Assembly: GCF_964194025.1 (NCBI RefSeq)
Contig: NC_134473.1
Coordinates: 72,726,001 to 72,790,000, forward strand
Reading direction: 5' to 3'
From: Convolutriloba macropyga
Lineage: Eukaryota
Length of the DNA: 64,000 bases
Below the pieces are notes generated by a model that saw nothing but the letters and a program-made list of their open reading frames with translations, ran no database searches and was not told the origin of the DNA. Below, in pieces: positions 26,740 through 41,231 of the stretch (the first letter of the stretch is position 1; each line of letters begins with the position of its first letter). A program made the position numbers and the translations under genes.

Positions 26740-28680
26740 GCAACTTTAGTGAAAAAAGTTGTACGAAATGATAAAACCAAAATATCCTTTCTAAATGAAA
26801 ATCTATCAGAGACCTCCTCACGAACAGTGAATCAACAAAGAAAAAATGGCGTGTCATTAATGATACTCGAAACACAACAGTCTCTAACAACAACATTTTC
26901 AGCCTTAAAAACTCTTTTGGCGAAATTTTTTTTGACAAGAAACAAATAGTAAATTTATTAAACTATCGTTTCTCCAAGTTAGGTGACTACCAAGTCAGGT
27001 GACTACTTCGGCAAAGCCAGACCTTAAGAAAAGTCAACTCGAACAAATAATAGAAAAACATTTAGTTTTCTATTTGTCACATCGAAAGAGGTTTTGCATC
27101 AACTAAAAACACTGAATACTTCAAAAACGCTTGGACCCACAGAGATACCCGCTTGGGCTCTCAAAGATGGCAAAGATGTTTTAATGCACCCCCTCACCTA
27201 TTTGTTCAATGCTTTTTTGAAAGAAGAAAAATTTCCCAGTGACCTTAAAAAAGCCATTATTACACCGCTTTTTAAAAAAGGTGATCGAACTCACCCTGAA
27301 ATCTACAGGCCTATATCAATAACCAGTTCACTTTCCAAAATGTTTGAAAGACTAGTTAAAGATCAAATAGTTTAATTTCTATTAAAAAAACAATGTTCAT
27401 TCCAGAACGCAATTTGGTTTTCGATCCAAAATATCAACAATGGATGCCCTTGTTTATAGCGCTGAAAATTTTAGATATCTAATTGAACAAAATAAATACG
27501 TTACAACAGCACAACTAGATCTATCTAAGCATTTGATTCAATCAATCACAACATTTTGATATTGAAACTAGAGGAATCAGGATTCAGCACAAGTGCTCAA
27601 ATGTTGATACTTGACTACTTGTCTAATCGTCTTAAGAAAACAAAAGCAAACGGCAATGAATCAGATTGGATTCAACTTTATCACGGTGTGCCCCAAGGAA
27701 CGATACTCGGGCCACTACTATTCAATCTTTACATAAACGACCTGAGATTGAACATATAAAATGATTGTCAACTAGTACAATCTGCTGATGACACACTGAC
27801 TTTTACGTCCAACCATGTATTGCTAAATGCCAAAAACGACTTAGAAAAAGCCTTAACTTTATTTATTGATTATTACGAAATGCATAGTCTAACGCTGAAT
27901 GCATCAAAAACAGAGTTCATTATTTTTTGTAAAAAATCTAGAGCTCTTCATACAACTGACATAAAACTTAAAATAGGAAACTGTTGCATTCGTAAATCTG
28001 AATCAATCAAATACTTGGGGGTATCCATAGATTCAGCGTTAACATATCAAGATGAAGTGAAAAGTATACTACGTAAAATGGCATGGGGTATAAAAACCCT
28101 ATATTCCTTACGAGAGGTAATATCAGATAACTAAAGGTTTGACTCTGAATGCACTTGACATTAACCACCTTCATTACTCTGCGATTTTCCTGAATAGAAT
28201 TAATAACAACCTAATAAGATCACTCGAAAAAACAGTTAAGCTGGGGCGTGAAAGCTTGTTTTCATAGAAAGAAATATGATAGTTCTCTAGATCTCAAAAT
28301 TAAAAACAAAATTTTACCGATCAGACATTTTTTAGATCAAATTTTTTTTTCCATTTTTGGAAAATAGTTTCGAAACTTCCAGCTTATCAAATGATAGAAT
28401 ATCCTACACTAACATTAACAAAACACGAACGGTCCAAAAAAAATTTTTTTCAATATCAAAACTCAATCCAGCTATTTAGAAAACTGCGTATTCAAGCGAG
28501 GTACAATAATTTATAACAATTTTGTAATGAATGAACAATACTCTCAACATCTCAAAAATGATCATAAACGCGATAAAGCGAAACAAATTCTAAAACAATA
28601 CTTTTTAAATTGTTTTTAACGAACCAAAGGGAAGCATCAATATCTTCTTTATCTTGGAAAGACTTTGAATTTGAATAAAA
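26740..28680 (+). mobile_element. 5'-truncated, frameshifted CR1/L2-group LINE (RT) in cathepsin intron 2, antisense to the host gene
   Basis: FPSDLKKAIITPLFKKGD..YRPISI, DLSKAFD, GVPQGTILGPLLFNLYINDL, SADD (mutated YADD), IKYLGV. Confidence 0.9.
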
Positions 28681-29629
28681 ATGTTTTCTGTTTATACATA
28701 GCTTCTCCACTGCCTCTGATATTTGATCGTTATTTGATTAAAACAAGATGGAATTTCAGTGCTCTTTTTTTATATAAAAAATTATAAACTGAATAGATCC
28801 AATTAATTAACATAACTATAAAAAATTGGCTAAAATAATTTGGATTATAGCCGTACTATAGGGATGCTTGGAGGAATTTTGGCTGCTAGAGCACCTTTTG
28901 ATAGCTGCTCATATGAATCTGCATTTAATGGTTACTTGTTTGCAATGCTAATTTTATTTAAGCTATTCTTAGCTAAAAGAAACACTTTAAACATTTGAAG
29001 TCAACACAAGAAACGACTTTGTACACTGTATCGACGAAAAAATGTCTCGAATTTACTATCTCAAATTAAAATAGCAGTGGGCAAATGAAAACAAACTCAC
29101 TGCCAACTTTTGCCCTCCCCTCGGTATCGATACTGCATTGCTGGAATTATAAAGCTGCTGCCAAGATCTGGAAGATTCATATTTTTGCTATCATAGCTCG
29201 CACAACTGTAGAATATCCTCACTTATGATAGATACGTTTACACCAAAAAAAACAGAAATTATTTTTTTCACCTAAGCTTTTACAAAAAAACTTCGTTTAT
29301 ATGAGGCAATACTTAGCTGATTGGATCCCGAAAAGAGTGCCTGCGCTAAATATAGATGAATTTGATATCTTGACATAACTTAGCTTACAATGCAAGTTTT
29401 TTGTTGAATTTAAAAAAAAACGATTTAAAGGAGATTTTGAAAAATTAGGCTACATTTTTCGGGAGAAGTCGTAAATTGAGAAACCACAAATCAACTTTTT
29501 CCTCGGAGATGATGATAATCCTTTCGTTCCCAAATAGATAAGAACCCCAAAATTAGACTACATTATCCAAATATAATAGATTGTAAAAATTAATTCTTAA
29601 AAATTGATAATTTTGAAGAAAAAACAAAG

Positions 29630-30005
29630 CGACTAACGTCGGGAAAAATTGCTCTCGACGACAGTCACAAATTAATTCAGAGTGGGCTGCAGTCTAGATA
29701 AATTGTTATGGGTGCAAAAATTTCCGCCAAGGAAGGGTTCGAACTCACGGCCTCCGGCAAAAAGAATTTACCACTCGTCAATCGGGGCTTTGTTCGATCC
29801 TTTCTAACAAGCGCTTGTATTTTAGCAACAGATTTAATATCTGAATAAGAGCAATTAAGTCACGCAAAGATTAAGATTTCATGCGTGAGAAAGTCACTTG
29901 AGAAGGGAAATCGGAAATAATCTTCTAGCAAAATGGCCCAGCAAAAATTTTGCAAAAAAGACACGTTAAATAATTTCTTCAAACTTTGATTCAGAGCAAT
30001 TGATC
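29630..30005 (-). mobile_element. tRNA-box-containing interspersed repeat, copy A
   Basis: Shared end GACTAA.GTCGG..AATTGCTC; B-box-like GAGTTCGAACCC on minus strand; homologous to 34562, 41232 and 42390. Confidence 0.6.
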
Positions 30006-30344
30006 ACTTTATTGACTCAGTTTATTGGGCTTGTGATCAGGTGGTTATCTCATTTAAAAATTAATACTCTTAATGTGGATTCAAATACTTTGGAAAAAAC
30101 GCAGGAGTAAGAACAGTGAGTGACCTTCTATTTGTTTTGCTTCAAAAGAAAAAAGCGTTCAGCATCTACCATTGGCAAACAATTTTTCATTTTTGATCCC
30201 ACGGCCGTCGAGTTTTGAGATATCTGCAAAACAACTGCTTTGAAAGCTGTAAAAAAATTCTTTTAAGTTGTATATTGAAATAAAACGCTTGAAAAGTCAA
30301 GAAACTGCCAGCATTCATATTGCGGCCCATGAGACACTTTTGGT

Positions 30345-33234
30345 GATGATTGTTCCCACCCACTTTAAAGGCGGAGGAACTATACACCCAACTGTTTTTT
30401 TTGTTCAGACAATTTTGGCCTATCGATATAATCATCGTACAGAGTTTTGAGAGGTATCATTAGAAAGCCCCTCCAGCGTGAAATATGGAATTTAAGATTT
30501 TTTCAATTTTCGCTTTCTAAAGGGAATTATCGACGCTTAAAGTTTTGTGAACAAAGGCGTAATTCAGCTGCTTTTATTCACATTTTTGGTATCTTTGACC
30601 AAATTTTCGTCAATTTTTCTAAAATATGTTAAGATTGTTAACTGTAGTATTATTGATTTTATCGCTAAAGACAGAGAAGGGTTGCTGAACTGTTCGATCC
30701 GAGTTTTTTTGGCTAGAATTAATGCTAAATTTTTCAAAAGTCAGACCTTTTTTGTCAAAAATGAGACCAACTTTGCTTTTTTTTTAGCCAACTTGCTTTA
30801 TATCTACTGGAAGTAGACAACTTCAAACTGTGGCCATATTCCTCTCAAGATCAAAAAAGAGCTAGTTGTTCTCCCACTGGATTTAGGAGTCTTCTGGAAT
30901 TATAAATTTGCCAGTTTTTTTGCAAATTTAAAATCGATAATTATACAAAATGCGTTTTTATTTTTGACAAACAGTAAATTCTTGTTTAAAAATTGATCTA
31001 TATCGCAACCATTCCAACAATTGAGTGTTTTGTCAGACGCGCATTAATATCTGGGATGATCTTGATCTCATCTTTGATTCTTACGATAAAAAACTCTTCA
31101 GATTTTAATGGGACGCGGCCTTTCTTTTTCAAAATTTTTCCGCTAAAAGAAAGTTTTCTATGCAAATTACTGACAAGAATTTCAAATCAAGGCTCAATTA
31201 AAGACAGATAAAATTTACAATAAACGACGCCCAACGAGATTATATTACGGTTTCAGAGTTTAGCTCACGGCTTTAATGGCTCTGACCAATTTTTCTCGTA
31301 AATTTTGTATGCATTTCTTGAATTTTGCTTTCATTTGTTATTTTTTGTAGCCCAATCACTTAGTGTCGCCAATCAAAGATCCAGTTACGGTTCCAGGAGG
31401 TATAATGAACCTAGACAACTCTTTCAGTTGTTAATGTCTGTTATGACTTTGATTATATTTGGTTTAAGCAAATACCAGTGATTTTTTTGAACGTCGCCAA
31501 TATGTTACCTTATTTTTCTCAACTTCAAGCGCAGTCTCAGTAGAAACAGGCGTTCAACGATTTCCTGTGCGTTATAAAGCAATATTGGTAAATGGTTTTA
31601 TATTCAACTAATGGTTTCTTTGTTTTGATACTACGCGTTTTCATTTTTTTTTGAGTATAATTGCATATTTCATGAGTTCATTTTGTTTCTTTGTCGAATT
31701 AGCACGTTTTTGAAAAGACCAACTGAAGAAAAGCATAGTATGGAAAATCCACAGCATTGCTGTTGCACGCCATATACCTAATAACCATAGGTCTCAATTG
31801 CTTCCACAGGACGTATAACGCAAAATCTGTTCAGTACGTATAACGTAAAAAAGGGTTCCGTACGTATAACGCAGACCAGGACGTATAACGCAAGATTTCA
31901 GTTTCTGGCTGTTTATTTCAATGACTTTTAATTTAAATTTAATAAAGAGATTTTACAACTTTCTCATTTTTGCTTTCATTTTTGTCACCATGTAACTCGA
32001 TCTCACTAACTACAAGTCTCAATTTTTTTGTTAATTTGAACGATTTTTTCGCGCTTGTTTATACGTTGTGACTGATTGCTTTGATAATTTAGTTTTTTAA
32101 AAAGTTTTTGAGATTTCTATACTGTTCAATTTTTGGGTTTCTTTTTGTTGTCATGTCTACGTAGTCCTTTTTAAGGGAAGACTCGTTGAGGTTAAGATGA
32201 GTAGTAAGTGATGATGTACAGTTCTTACAGGTAACATCTTAAATTGTAGTACCTTGACAAGTGTGATGTCGTAAAATTCTTTGAAGTTTCGGCTTCTTAA
32301 TGTATTTGTTGTTATTTCGGGGGGTCGTGACTTAGTCTCGTTATTAACAGGCCCAATTGGCTTCCTGAGGTGTTGCAACGTAATCCATCGCTTTTTGTTG
32401 TAATCTTAAGTCTGTTATGACTTTTGAATATAGTTGTTTTCAAAAACATATTTGGGTTTTTGAGCTTCGTCATTTTTGTAACTAGTTTTTGGTCGGTTAA
32501 TAGCTCAGTCTCTGTAAGCACAGGTTACAAACCGTTTCCAGTGAGCTGTAGTTTAATCTCTATAACGATTTTAGTTTCAAACATTTGTTTCTCGGCTTTG
32601 TTAGTACTGTTACTACGAGATTTTTCAAAACGTTTGAGATTTTTATATGTTTGTACATTTTGAAGGATTTGTTTTCTTTTTAAATTAAAACAATAATCGT
32701 TGGTCCCATTGGCTTTGAAAATTTGCGCAATTAAATTTTGGATAATGCCAATGGAGATATAAATGAACATTTTAGTGATTTCAGTTGATATCTAATGACA
32801 TTAATAACTGTGTAATTGTTTTCAAAAATAGAAACGTATTTTTGAAATAATTTGCTCTTTTTTGTCTGCGTGCAAAACAGTCGCATTGAGGACAGGTCTC
32901 ATATCTTTTCTCATGAAGTATTGGTTAAATTGTTTTAAGGTTTCTTCTGATGCAAATTTGATTTTGTTATGATTTTATTATAGACATCGAGTTTTGGTCG
33001 CAAATAATGTTTGTTGTTTGATTTTTATTATTGTTCTTACTAGTAGCCCCATTATCAACAACTTTCATCGGCCCTCTAGCGTGGCATTGTGGTATTCCAT
33101 TGGTTGTTTATTGAACGATATGTATGTTTTTAAAAGTTTTCTATCTCTTCATTTGGTAGCCAATTAGGTCAAGAATGTGGATGAGCGGGATGGGAACATT
33201 ATGTGCGTACGCACATTACCGAGCCTCCTTGTTG
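30345..33234 (+). mobile_element. HINE/DINE-1-like element, copy 2 (cathepsin intron 2)
   Basis: subTIR TGTTCCCA (30351) / TGGGAACA (33191); perfect hairpin ATGTGCGTACGCACAT (33201-33216); CTTGTT end; core homologous to 19870-20400. Confidence 0.75.
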
Positions 33235-33280
33235 CTCTCAGTATTATTGCAATACAACTTCTCAAAAGTTGATGAAGTCA

Positions 33281-33631
<351 letters not shown>

Positions 33632-34316
33632 TCATTGTTCGATTATTACTCCTTTTACATTTTCCAAAAGATTAACAGAAGTTTATTGTTCAATACATTG
33701 ATTTTAATTCTCAGGTATTGAGAAAAGATATTAAATATATTCTTACTTCCCATGAAAACAACATTTTAGTTTTTTAAAAATGGACACCGTCTTATAAATT
33801 TCTTTTCTTCATAGTTTTTCATAGATTATCACAAAAGAAAACAGGAAACAACAGTTATTATCACAACAGATTATCACAACAGTTATTGCACGGCTCAAAA
33901 TTTTTAAATTGCTGAATTATTGGTTTTTAGATATTAAGTTATAATTGATATTCGATGCACTAATAAACCCATGTAAAGTCATTCCCAAAAACGTACTTAG
34001 CAAAAAAATGTCAATCACAATTTAAATAACATTTTGCTTCGCTTTTTACAATGATAAAATTATAATTTGCAAATCTTGGTTTTCTATTAATGCTCTATGA
34101 TTTTGTATCCTTGTTGCACAATACGATCTGAGGTGATATCATTTGCAGAATTCTACATTATCAGAGAGCATTCGCAACTCGATGTGTAAATTTTTGCTAA
34201 AACCAGAAAGTTTATTTGAACTCCAAACCTTTTATGTGCAATCAGTGAAAAGAATGATAAAACAATGACTACATGATAAAATAATTTTTTTTTCAAACAA
34301 TGGTTTGCTAGCGTAC

Positions 34317-34502
34317 CTTTTTAAGGTTCTCAGCCCAGATCGCAAATCTGTTCACTTCCTCAGCAATCGTATCATACTCCTTGTCAAACTTGTGCTTCCA
34401 CTCTTTCCAAACATCAGCTGCCTCGTGATTGGCTATTTTGGAGGGGAGTGCAGCGAACGATACAGCCACGATTGTGGCCAGGACAGTGAGCAAGAAATTC
34501 AT
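34317..34502 (-). CDS. Cathepsin L-like protease, coding exon 1 (signal peptide and I29 propeptide start); spliced protein 334 aa
   Basis: MNFLLTVLATIVAVSFA signal; W.EWK.KF.K.Y..EE..R..IW..N (ERFNIN-type); AAG|GTACG donor in phase 0. Confidence 0.93.
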
Positions 34503-34561
34503 ACCTAACAAAGTTCACACCAAAGTAATCGACAAAGTTACCGATTTAGTGTGTTAAAAAC

Positions 34562-34920
34562 ATAAACAGACTAATGTCGGAAGAATTGCTCTCCTCGAAC
34601 GACAGGCCGGTGGAAGAACATTTGACCCCACCGTGATTCGAACCATTGACCCGCTTTATAATAATTTACACTACCCACTGCACTATTTGGCCCTTATATT
34701 TCCTATGCCGCAACTGACTTTGTATTAGCAACAAGCTTTACTTCGAAGTGAGAGCAATAGAGATCCCTCAAAATGAAGAACGAAAGCGTCAAAATGTCAC
34801 TTGAGAAGTCAAAGAATGTTCTAGAAGAAAGGCGAAATATGCTCAAGCAAAAAATTTGCATAAAAAAGAGCGGTACGTTTACAGTAATTGCTATGAACTT
34901 CGTTCGAGCAATTAAAAAGG
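34562..34920 (-). mobile_element. tRNA-box-containing interspersed repeat, copy B, just upstream of the cathepsin first coding exon
   Basis: AAACAGACTAATGTCGGAAGAATTGCTC end; GGTTCGAATCAC B-box on minus strand; homologous to 41232-41560. Confidence 0.65.
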
Positions 34921-34955
34921 TCTAAGCAGGCGCAGCTACAAAGCAAATTGTAAAT

Positions 34956-35028
34956 TGGCCAGTACTTGCTTCGAACCAGTACCTCTTATATTCGAATCAT
35001 AATGTGTTACACTGTTACACCAACGGCC
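34956..35028 (-). pseudogene. tRNA-like (pseudo-tRNA, TCG in the anticodon-loop position) segment of the repeat
   Basis: GGCCGTTGGTGTAACAGTGTAACAC-ATTATGATTCGAATATAA-GAGGTACTGGTTCGAAGCAAGTACTGGCCA folds roughly as a cloverleaf, with mismatches. Confidence 0.4.
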
Positions 35029-36024
35029 CTTGCCATTCCAATTTTGGGCTATTTTATAACAGCTTCTCTGGTTTTCACGAGGCTTCATCTCAAACCATGT
35101 TTCTGTTGAAGTAGAGATTCTGTTGTAAGCGATGCCATTACGACCTAATGCACAACTTAAATTTCGTTGGACACCAACCGTTCATTTATCCAATGGGCAA
35201 AAACACGATTATTAATCCCAATGAACAATTATCCCAACACCCGTACAACAACACCGAAAAAAAATGTTTTTACCAGCACCCCAACCTGTTTTTTTAAACT
35301 CAGGTTATGGGTTATTTGACCGGAAGAATTACTGATCAGAGACAATTATTCAGACATTTCTTTGCAAGTTCAGTAAAATAGGCCTAAACGCTTTATTTCG
35401 CAGCTTTGGGTGGACTTGATCAACGTGAGAAGATACGTAGAAAGTTTTTTAAGATACAGATAAAGGTATTTCGTTGTGCATGAAAATAGGTTCTTCAACA
35501 AACCTTCAAAATAATTATTACTAACATTCCGCATACCATTCAAATACCTAGAAATGTTTTGCATTTTGTAGTTTTCAGTTGTATTTTACTTATTGACTTT
35601 ATGGAACGAAAGAACTAATGAACAATTCTCACTTCCTTTGAGAGATTTCTGCCCTTCAAAGTGATACTTCAAATCACTAAAACGTAAAAATCTGATTTTT
35701 GTCTGACTTTTTACTCGGCGCAAATGTACTCAGCCCAAATGAGCTCGTCTATTTTCAGATTTTCTTTTAATTGTACACTTTTGCCCCTATTTTTTTTGAA
35801 TTTTTGGAAGACCATATGATTCACTTATAATCCTTAAGCAACATTAATTAAAATTGGAACAAAACGGATCATATGAATAAGACTCGATCTCTAAGTGCCT
35901 TAATCTCCATTTTCAATCTAGAAGTCAAAGAACTAAAAATTTGACTAACCAACTGTTTTGTCCAACGAATGAGCATAGGAAATAATACGCTCCCTCAACC
36001 TTAATGTCACTGAATGTCACTGAT

Positions 36025-36090
36025 TCAAAAATAAATCACTGATTCAAAATAAATCACTGATTCAAAATAAATCACTGATTCAAAATAAAT
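36025..36090. repeat. 19-bp tandem repeat (AAATAAATCACTGATTCAA), ~3.5 copies
   Basis: Directly visible. Confidence 0.85.
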
Positions 36091-37243
36091 GATTGCAAAT
36101 AGTAATTATACCAATCAGTTCGTCTAACTTCAGATTATACCTGTGCATTTCCTTCTATTGATTGGCAATTCGTCTATTTATACAATTCAACTTGTCTAAT
36201 AATCATTGTTTGCTCTGAGCATCCGCCTTAAGCAACCAGAATAATAACCAAATTCTGATGTTCGAAGTTCAACAAAATGGCTCGGCATTATTGCATCCGT
36301 AATTTGTCATTGATGGCCATACAGTTTGCCATTGCTAAATATTAGTATAATCCAATCACGTATATCTGGAAATCGACCTTTTGACTGTAAAATACCACTC
36401 TCAGCTGTTTCGCTAAGATTTAGTGCCAGAAATTTGTTGAAGATTTATAGAGGATAGCCGGCATATTTCCGTACAACAGCCGCAATGCAGCCAGCCTGGG
36501 ATTGTTATAGCACATCATTAAAAACGAGGAAAAAATAACTAAGTGAAACAATTCAACTAAGTGCATTAAAATTACAATTGAAAAACCAGTAATGACTTTC
36601 TTTAGGGCTCAATTCCTAAAAAGAACCAATGATACTTTGGTGGCCATGGTCAAAATTTAAACAGGTTCAAAACTTTCGATAACTGGCCAAGGCAAACATT
36701 TTGTAGATTAAGTCAGTATTTTGTCATCAAGCGGTTTGCATTTCGTCAACGCGAGGTTCAGTGACGATGACTACTAGACATGAGATTATTTCTGTTTTCA
36801 TCTAATTTTTTACAAACAATTTTTAGGAAATCTGTGCATCAGTGCTATATTTATCGCAGCAAAATTGCTCATCTCAAGCCAAATGGCGTCAATGTTTCCT
36901 TTATTCGATGTTCAAACAAGAAGTTATCAACATAAATGTGAGATCCCTACCTAGTGTTTTGAATTTAAAAAAATTTATGGAAAGCCCCTAAGACCATTAA
37001 AGACAATATTTACGTTTAAATTCTTTTTCTGATGAAATACAATTGTGTACTGCACGACAAACGTACATTAACCGAAGTTGTCCCTGTTCTAAAAGTTTTT
37101 CCGCAAAATTTTTGAGCAACCTTAAAATTAGCAACACAGACCCTCGATATTGAAGGTGGCAAAGAAATTGTTGTCTTAAAATAATGCTCTGAAACAATTT
37201 TAGTTAGAAAAGGCCAGTAGGTTGTTTAAATCAAACCCGGGTA

Positions 37244-37934
37244 GCCGAACAGAAAACTTTCTTTGATTTCACACTAGATAATATTTGATTCTTAGTAATC
37301 TTACTTATAATATATGTTTGTATCATTTCAAAGATACATATATGTCTCACAAAGATCATATATGATTTCTTGGAAATCAAACAGGAATCATACAAAACGA
37401 ATTGAAAGCTGAAAAACCGTTAAATGTAGTCAGGGCATTTAAATTTAATATACTGTATGTGCAGTCCACATTTGACCATTTGGGTGCGCTAAAAAATTAT
37501 TTTGGATTTTATACGTATTTAGAAAATGAGTTAATAAAAAAATTTTGTTTTCGCTAAAATGTTTATAGGTATATATGTATGGTTTATAGGTATGAAGATT
37601 AATAGGTTTAAACTGGCTGCAGAGAATGAAAACTTAAGTCATATAGAAAGACTTATTCTTTCATGTAGCGCCGCACTGTGCAATAAGTATTCCAATTCAG
37701 ATTCTTTTCGCGGATCACAAAGCGATGACAGGGAATCACATTAGTGCTACCTTAACGATAAACAATGTGAATTGAAGGAAAGAAGATGTATAATTCTTGG
37801 TAATCATACTAGGATCACATATGATTTGGTAATAATACAAGAATCATATATGCTGTCTTTGGTTTCATACTAGGATCGTATTAAGAAATCAAGTATGAAA
37901 GTACAAAATCATTCATAATCCTTAATTCCGTCGG
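37244..37934. mobile_element. Decayed non-autonomous DNA element with GATCATATATGAT-type subterminal repeats
   Basis: Approximate inverted ends CCGAACAGAA / TTCCGTCGG and repeated atcata/tatgat motifs near both ends. Confidence 0.35.
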
Positions 37935-39177
37935 AATGAAAAACATCAAAAACTAATTGAAAACACTCAAAAACGCACATATGTAGATTTAATTTCTCCA
38001 AATAAAAACTAAAATGTTAGCCATATATCAATAAAATGATCGTTAGGAACTCTATCAAAAACAAATTTTATTATCATTATATCAATCAGGAAGGTGTAAC
38101 TGCAAGCGTCTTGAAGTCTTCGAGAAACAGTTAAATCTAGCCCACACTCAACGACGAAGGCTACACATTAAAAAGGCATAATACTCTCAGAACAATTGTG
38201 TAGGAAAACTAATTAATCTAAGCATCTATAGCTTAATCTCATGATACAATTTCACATAAGAAAACTTAGTTAATGTCAGAAATAACGGCCAAGGGTGTGC
38301 TAGTTGTGGGGGAGGCGCATCATAAATTCCCCATGAAAATATAATTTCTGCACTCTAAGCATAACTCAATCGGTGCCCCTTTAAATACCAGAGCTGACTG
38401 AATGCCGCCAGGCTTTACAAGTTTTCATTTTCATCGGTGAAGCGTCGCAGTCAGACAAAAAAAAGGTAATATGAAAAACTGAAGCCATATTACAATGGAG
38501 GACAAGGATAATTGAATTGCTACAGAGCAACTAATAAAAAAACATCTGACTAATGTCGGCTGCATTCCTCTCAAAATGCTGTCGAATGGTTGGCTTCGTC
38601 AGTCGCTAGCTGAGGCTTAGGGATATAGCTTAACTGAAAGAAGGGGAAACGTGTAAGGGGTGAAGTAAGGGGGGATAGATTATTAGATTATAGCTGACGA
38701 GCTGTAGCCGGTGGGGGGAGGGGGGGTTTACAATTAAGAGATTAGCGAAGCTGGAAGAGAATGCCCTCCCCCTCTGGGCTTCATCTGTTCATTCTGTTGT
38801 TGAGGACAAAAAGTCAAATAGTAAAAAAAACTATCAAACGAAAAGTTCGAAGAACAAAAGATCACCTAAGAGCCAACGGAACTAATATAATTTTTTTAAA
38901 GTTTGTGGGTTTTTATGGTTTGTGAACATATGTATATAAAAAGTTCTGGCCTAGTCGCCGCAACACATTGCACTAAAAACCTGCGGCAACGAGCATGCGG
39001 CCTGTCGATTTAAAATGATGCGCTAAAGTAATAGTATGAGTTCAGGGACTTAAACTAATAGCACGGGCAAAAATTTACTGTCTTAGCTCCAAACAACGCC
39101 AACTTGAGTTTTCCAGACAAAAGAATGCACGTTTACCGAACTGTTTAACTGAACTGGGAGTGAAGTATAAATTATAA

Positions 39178-40110
39178 CCATAGCCGGCAGATTGCCGGAA
39201 AATAGCCGCGATAGACGCTTGAGCCCTTCCATGGAATTGAAACAACTAAAAAAGAAATAAGATGGACAGATTGACCACCAGTCCTTTAACAGACTCCTAG
39301 TTCTTTTTAGTTAGATTTGGACTGTCCTTTTTATAAGACACATACGCTCTATAAGGAAACAAAACCTAATACAGCTTTTTCAAAAATGATTTTTATCAAA
39401 ACTTTGATGCAGACAATTGATCTTTAAATAGAAACTGTTCATAAAATTTAAAGCTCATTAAGTGAGTTCAGAAGTCATTTTTTGAGTGAGGTAAGTCACG
39501 TGCAATGGACCTTAAAGCACAAAAAATGACGACACGCACACGAATTTAAAATGCAAAGCAGTAGAAGTCACTGAAATTAAAAAAAAGTCAATGGTCGCAA
39601 GAATCATCGATGGAGACGACGAATTAAAAAAAAAACACAGAGGGACAAGTCCTGACGTACAATTCAGAGAACTTTCATTGACTAAACAAAAACTATACCT
39701 AAAACGGACCATCAGTGAATTGGGAAAACCATTTCTAAAAAATCAGATGAAAAAATAAAAAACAGAAAATCAATGGACTAGGAAAACCATTCGGGGAAAA
39801 CTCCGATGCAAAATATCGAAAACAGTAAAAATCAAAGTGAAATTGCCGCATGTGAACAAAAAACCACTAGCGAGAAAGCGAATTTTTGTTCAAACACCGT
39901 TTTCTCACTCTACACTAAAATTAGAGCGAAATATTTTCACGCCGCAAAATCACTCGCTTTTCTGCTCCATTTCCTGTCTCCAATTGACTTAAGAAATCAT
40001 GAAAATGTGTGAACAGATCTTTAAATAAAGACAGCGCCCCAATACAATTCAAATTCTTTGAATTGTAAAAAAAAACCAATAAAGGCCGGTATCGCTTCGC
40101 GGGTATTAAC
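39178..40110 (+). mobile_element. Dispersed copy of the hairpin-ended repeat family of 23820-26037
   Basis: CATAGCCGGCAGATTGCC start, same core, degenerate 3' hairpin. Confidence 0.7.
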
Positions 40111-40526
40111 CAAAAACATCCGATGAACATCTTCCATACTCAAAATTTATAAAATATAAAACTCAAAATAGGCATTGCACGATGTAATATGAAGAAGCAA
40201 GAGTACCGCAATATAGATTTCAACATCGCGGCTATAAAAAGACCAACAGGACTCAATTACTTGAAAATTCTGTTTGAGAGTAATTATTCAAATCTCAAAG
40301 TACGGCTCTCTAACTACTATATCTTTACATTAAAAACGCAGGACACTAGTTAATTAAATAAATATGGCTATAATGGAAAGACAGAGATACAAAGTACAAA
40401 CTAAGTATCTGATCAAATTTCAAAATAAGCAAACATTAATTCTTTTAAATATGCATTTCATATATACATTAATTGAACAATATGACACCAATCAGTTTCT
40501 CAATTCAGTTTAACGAATATTGGCAT

Positions 40527-40691
40527 TCAAAGCGTGTCCATAAACTGTGCCAAGGCCACATCTCGAGGCGAGACTCCTCCACATTCGTGGGTTGATAGAG
40601 TGACCTCTACTCTGTTGTAGACATTGAACCATTCCGGGTGGTGATCCATCTTGTCCGCCATCAAAGCCACTCGCGTCATCCACCCAAAAGC
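40527..40691 (-). CDS. PCBD: Pterin-4-alpha-carbinolamine dehydratase (PCBD/DCoH), last exon
   Basis: [54 protein letters not shown]; catalytic DHHPEW and THE; TTGTAG acceptor. This frame is not in the ORF track. Confidence 0.93.
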   Translation of the reverse strand, partial: AFGWMTRVALMADKMDHHPEWFNVYNRVEVTLSTHECGGVSPRDVALAQFMDTL

Positions 40692-41231
40692 CTACAACAA
40701 CATCAATCATAGCAATACTGACCAGAGCATTCCTCACACCAAATATTCCTAATCAATATAAAAGCGTCAAAGAGCGACATTTGATATAAAATACAAAAAT
40801 ATGGTACAAAAGGCTTAGTTCGGAAGGATTTGTGCTCAATTGTCATGATTTGATAAGCTGGGCGTATAAAACACAATATTTTAAGTTATTGAAGACTTAA
40901 CTCTTTTTCTCCGCGGTAATTGTCGCAATTTTGAATTTTCGTTGAGTGAACAACAGAAACAATTTAAACTAAAACAGACATTAGTGGCAGCATTCATACA
41001 AGCATTATTTGAATAAAAGAAATATCAAGTCTTATAAGAGGAGGATACCCTAAATTGTACCAAAATAATCCCGAAAAAATGCTGAAGAAGCGTTAAATAA
41101 TCCAACATTTCATTGAGAATCTAGTGTAACCAATAGCTTTCTCGTGTTACGAACCATTATTTTGGTTTTAAAGATGTGGAGTTTTGTTTATAAATAATCT
41201 CAATCATAATAGGAGTTTTCTATATTAAACA

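Noticed and set aside
40510-40737. ORF-track 75-aa ORF MRNALVSI...
   Set aside because: Wrong frame; the real coding frame is the PCBD last exon
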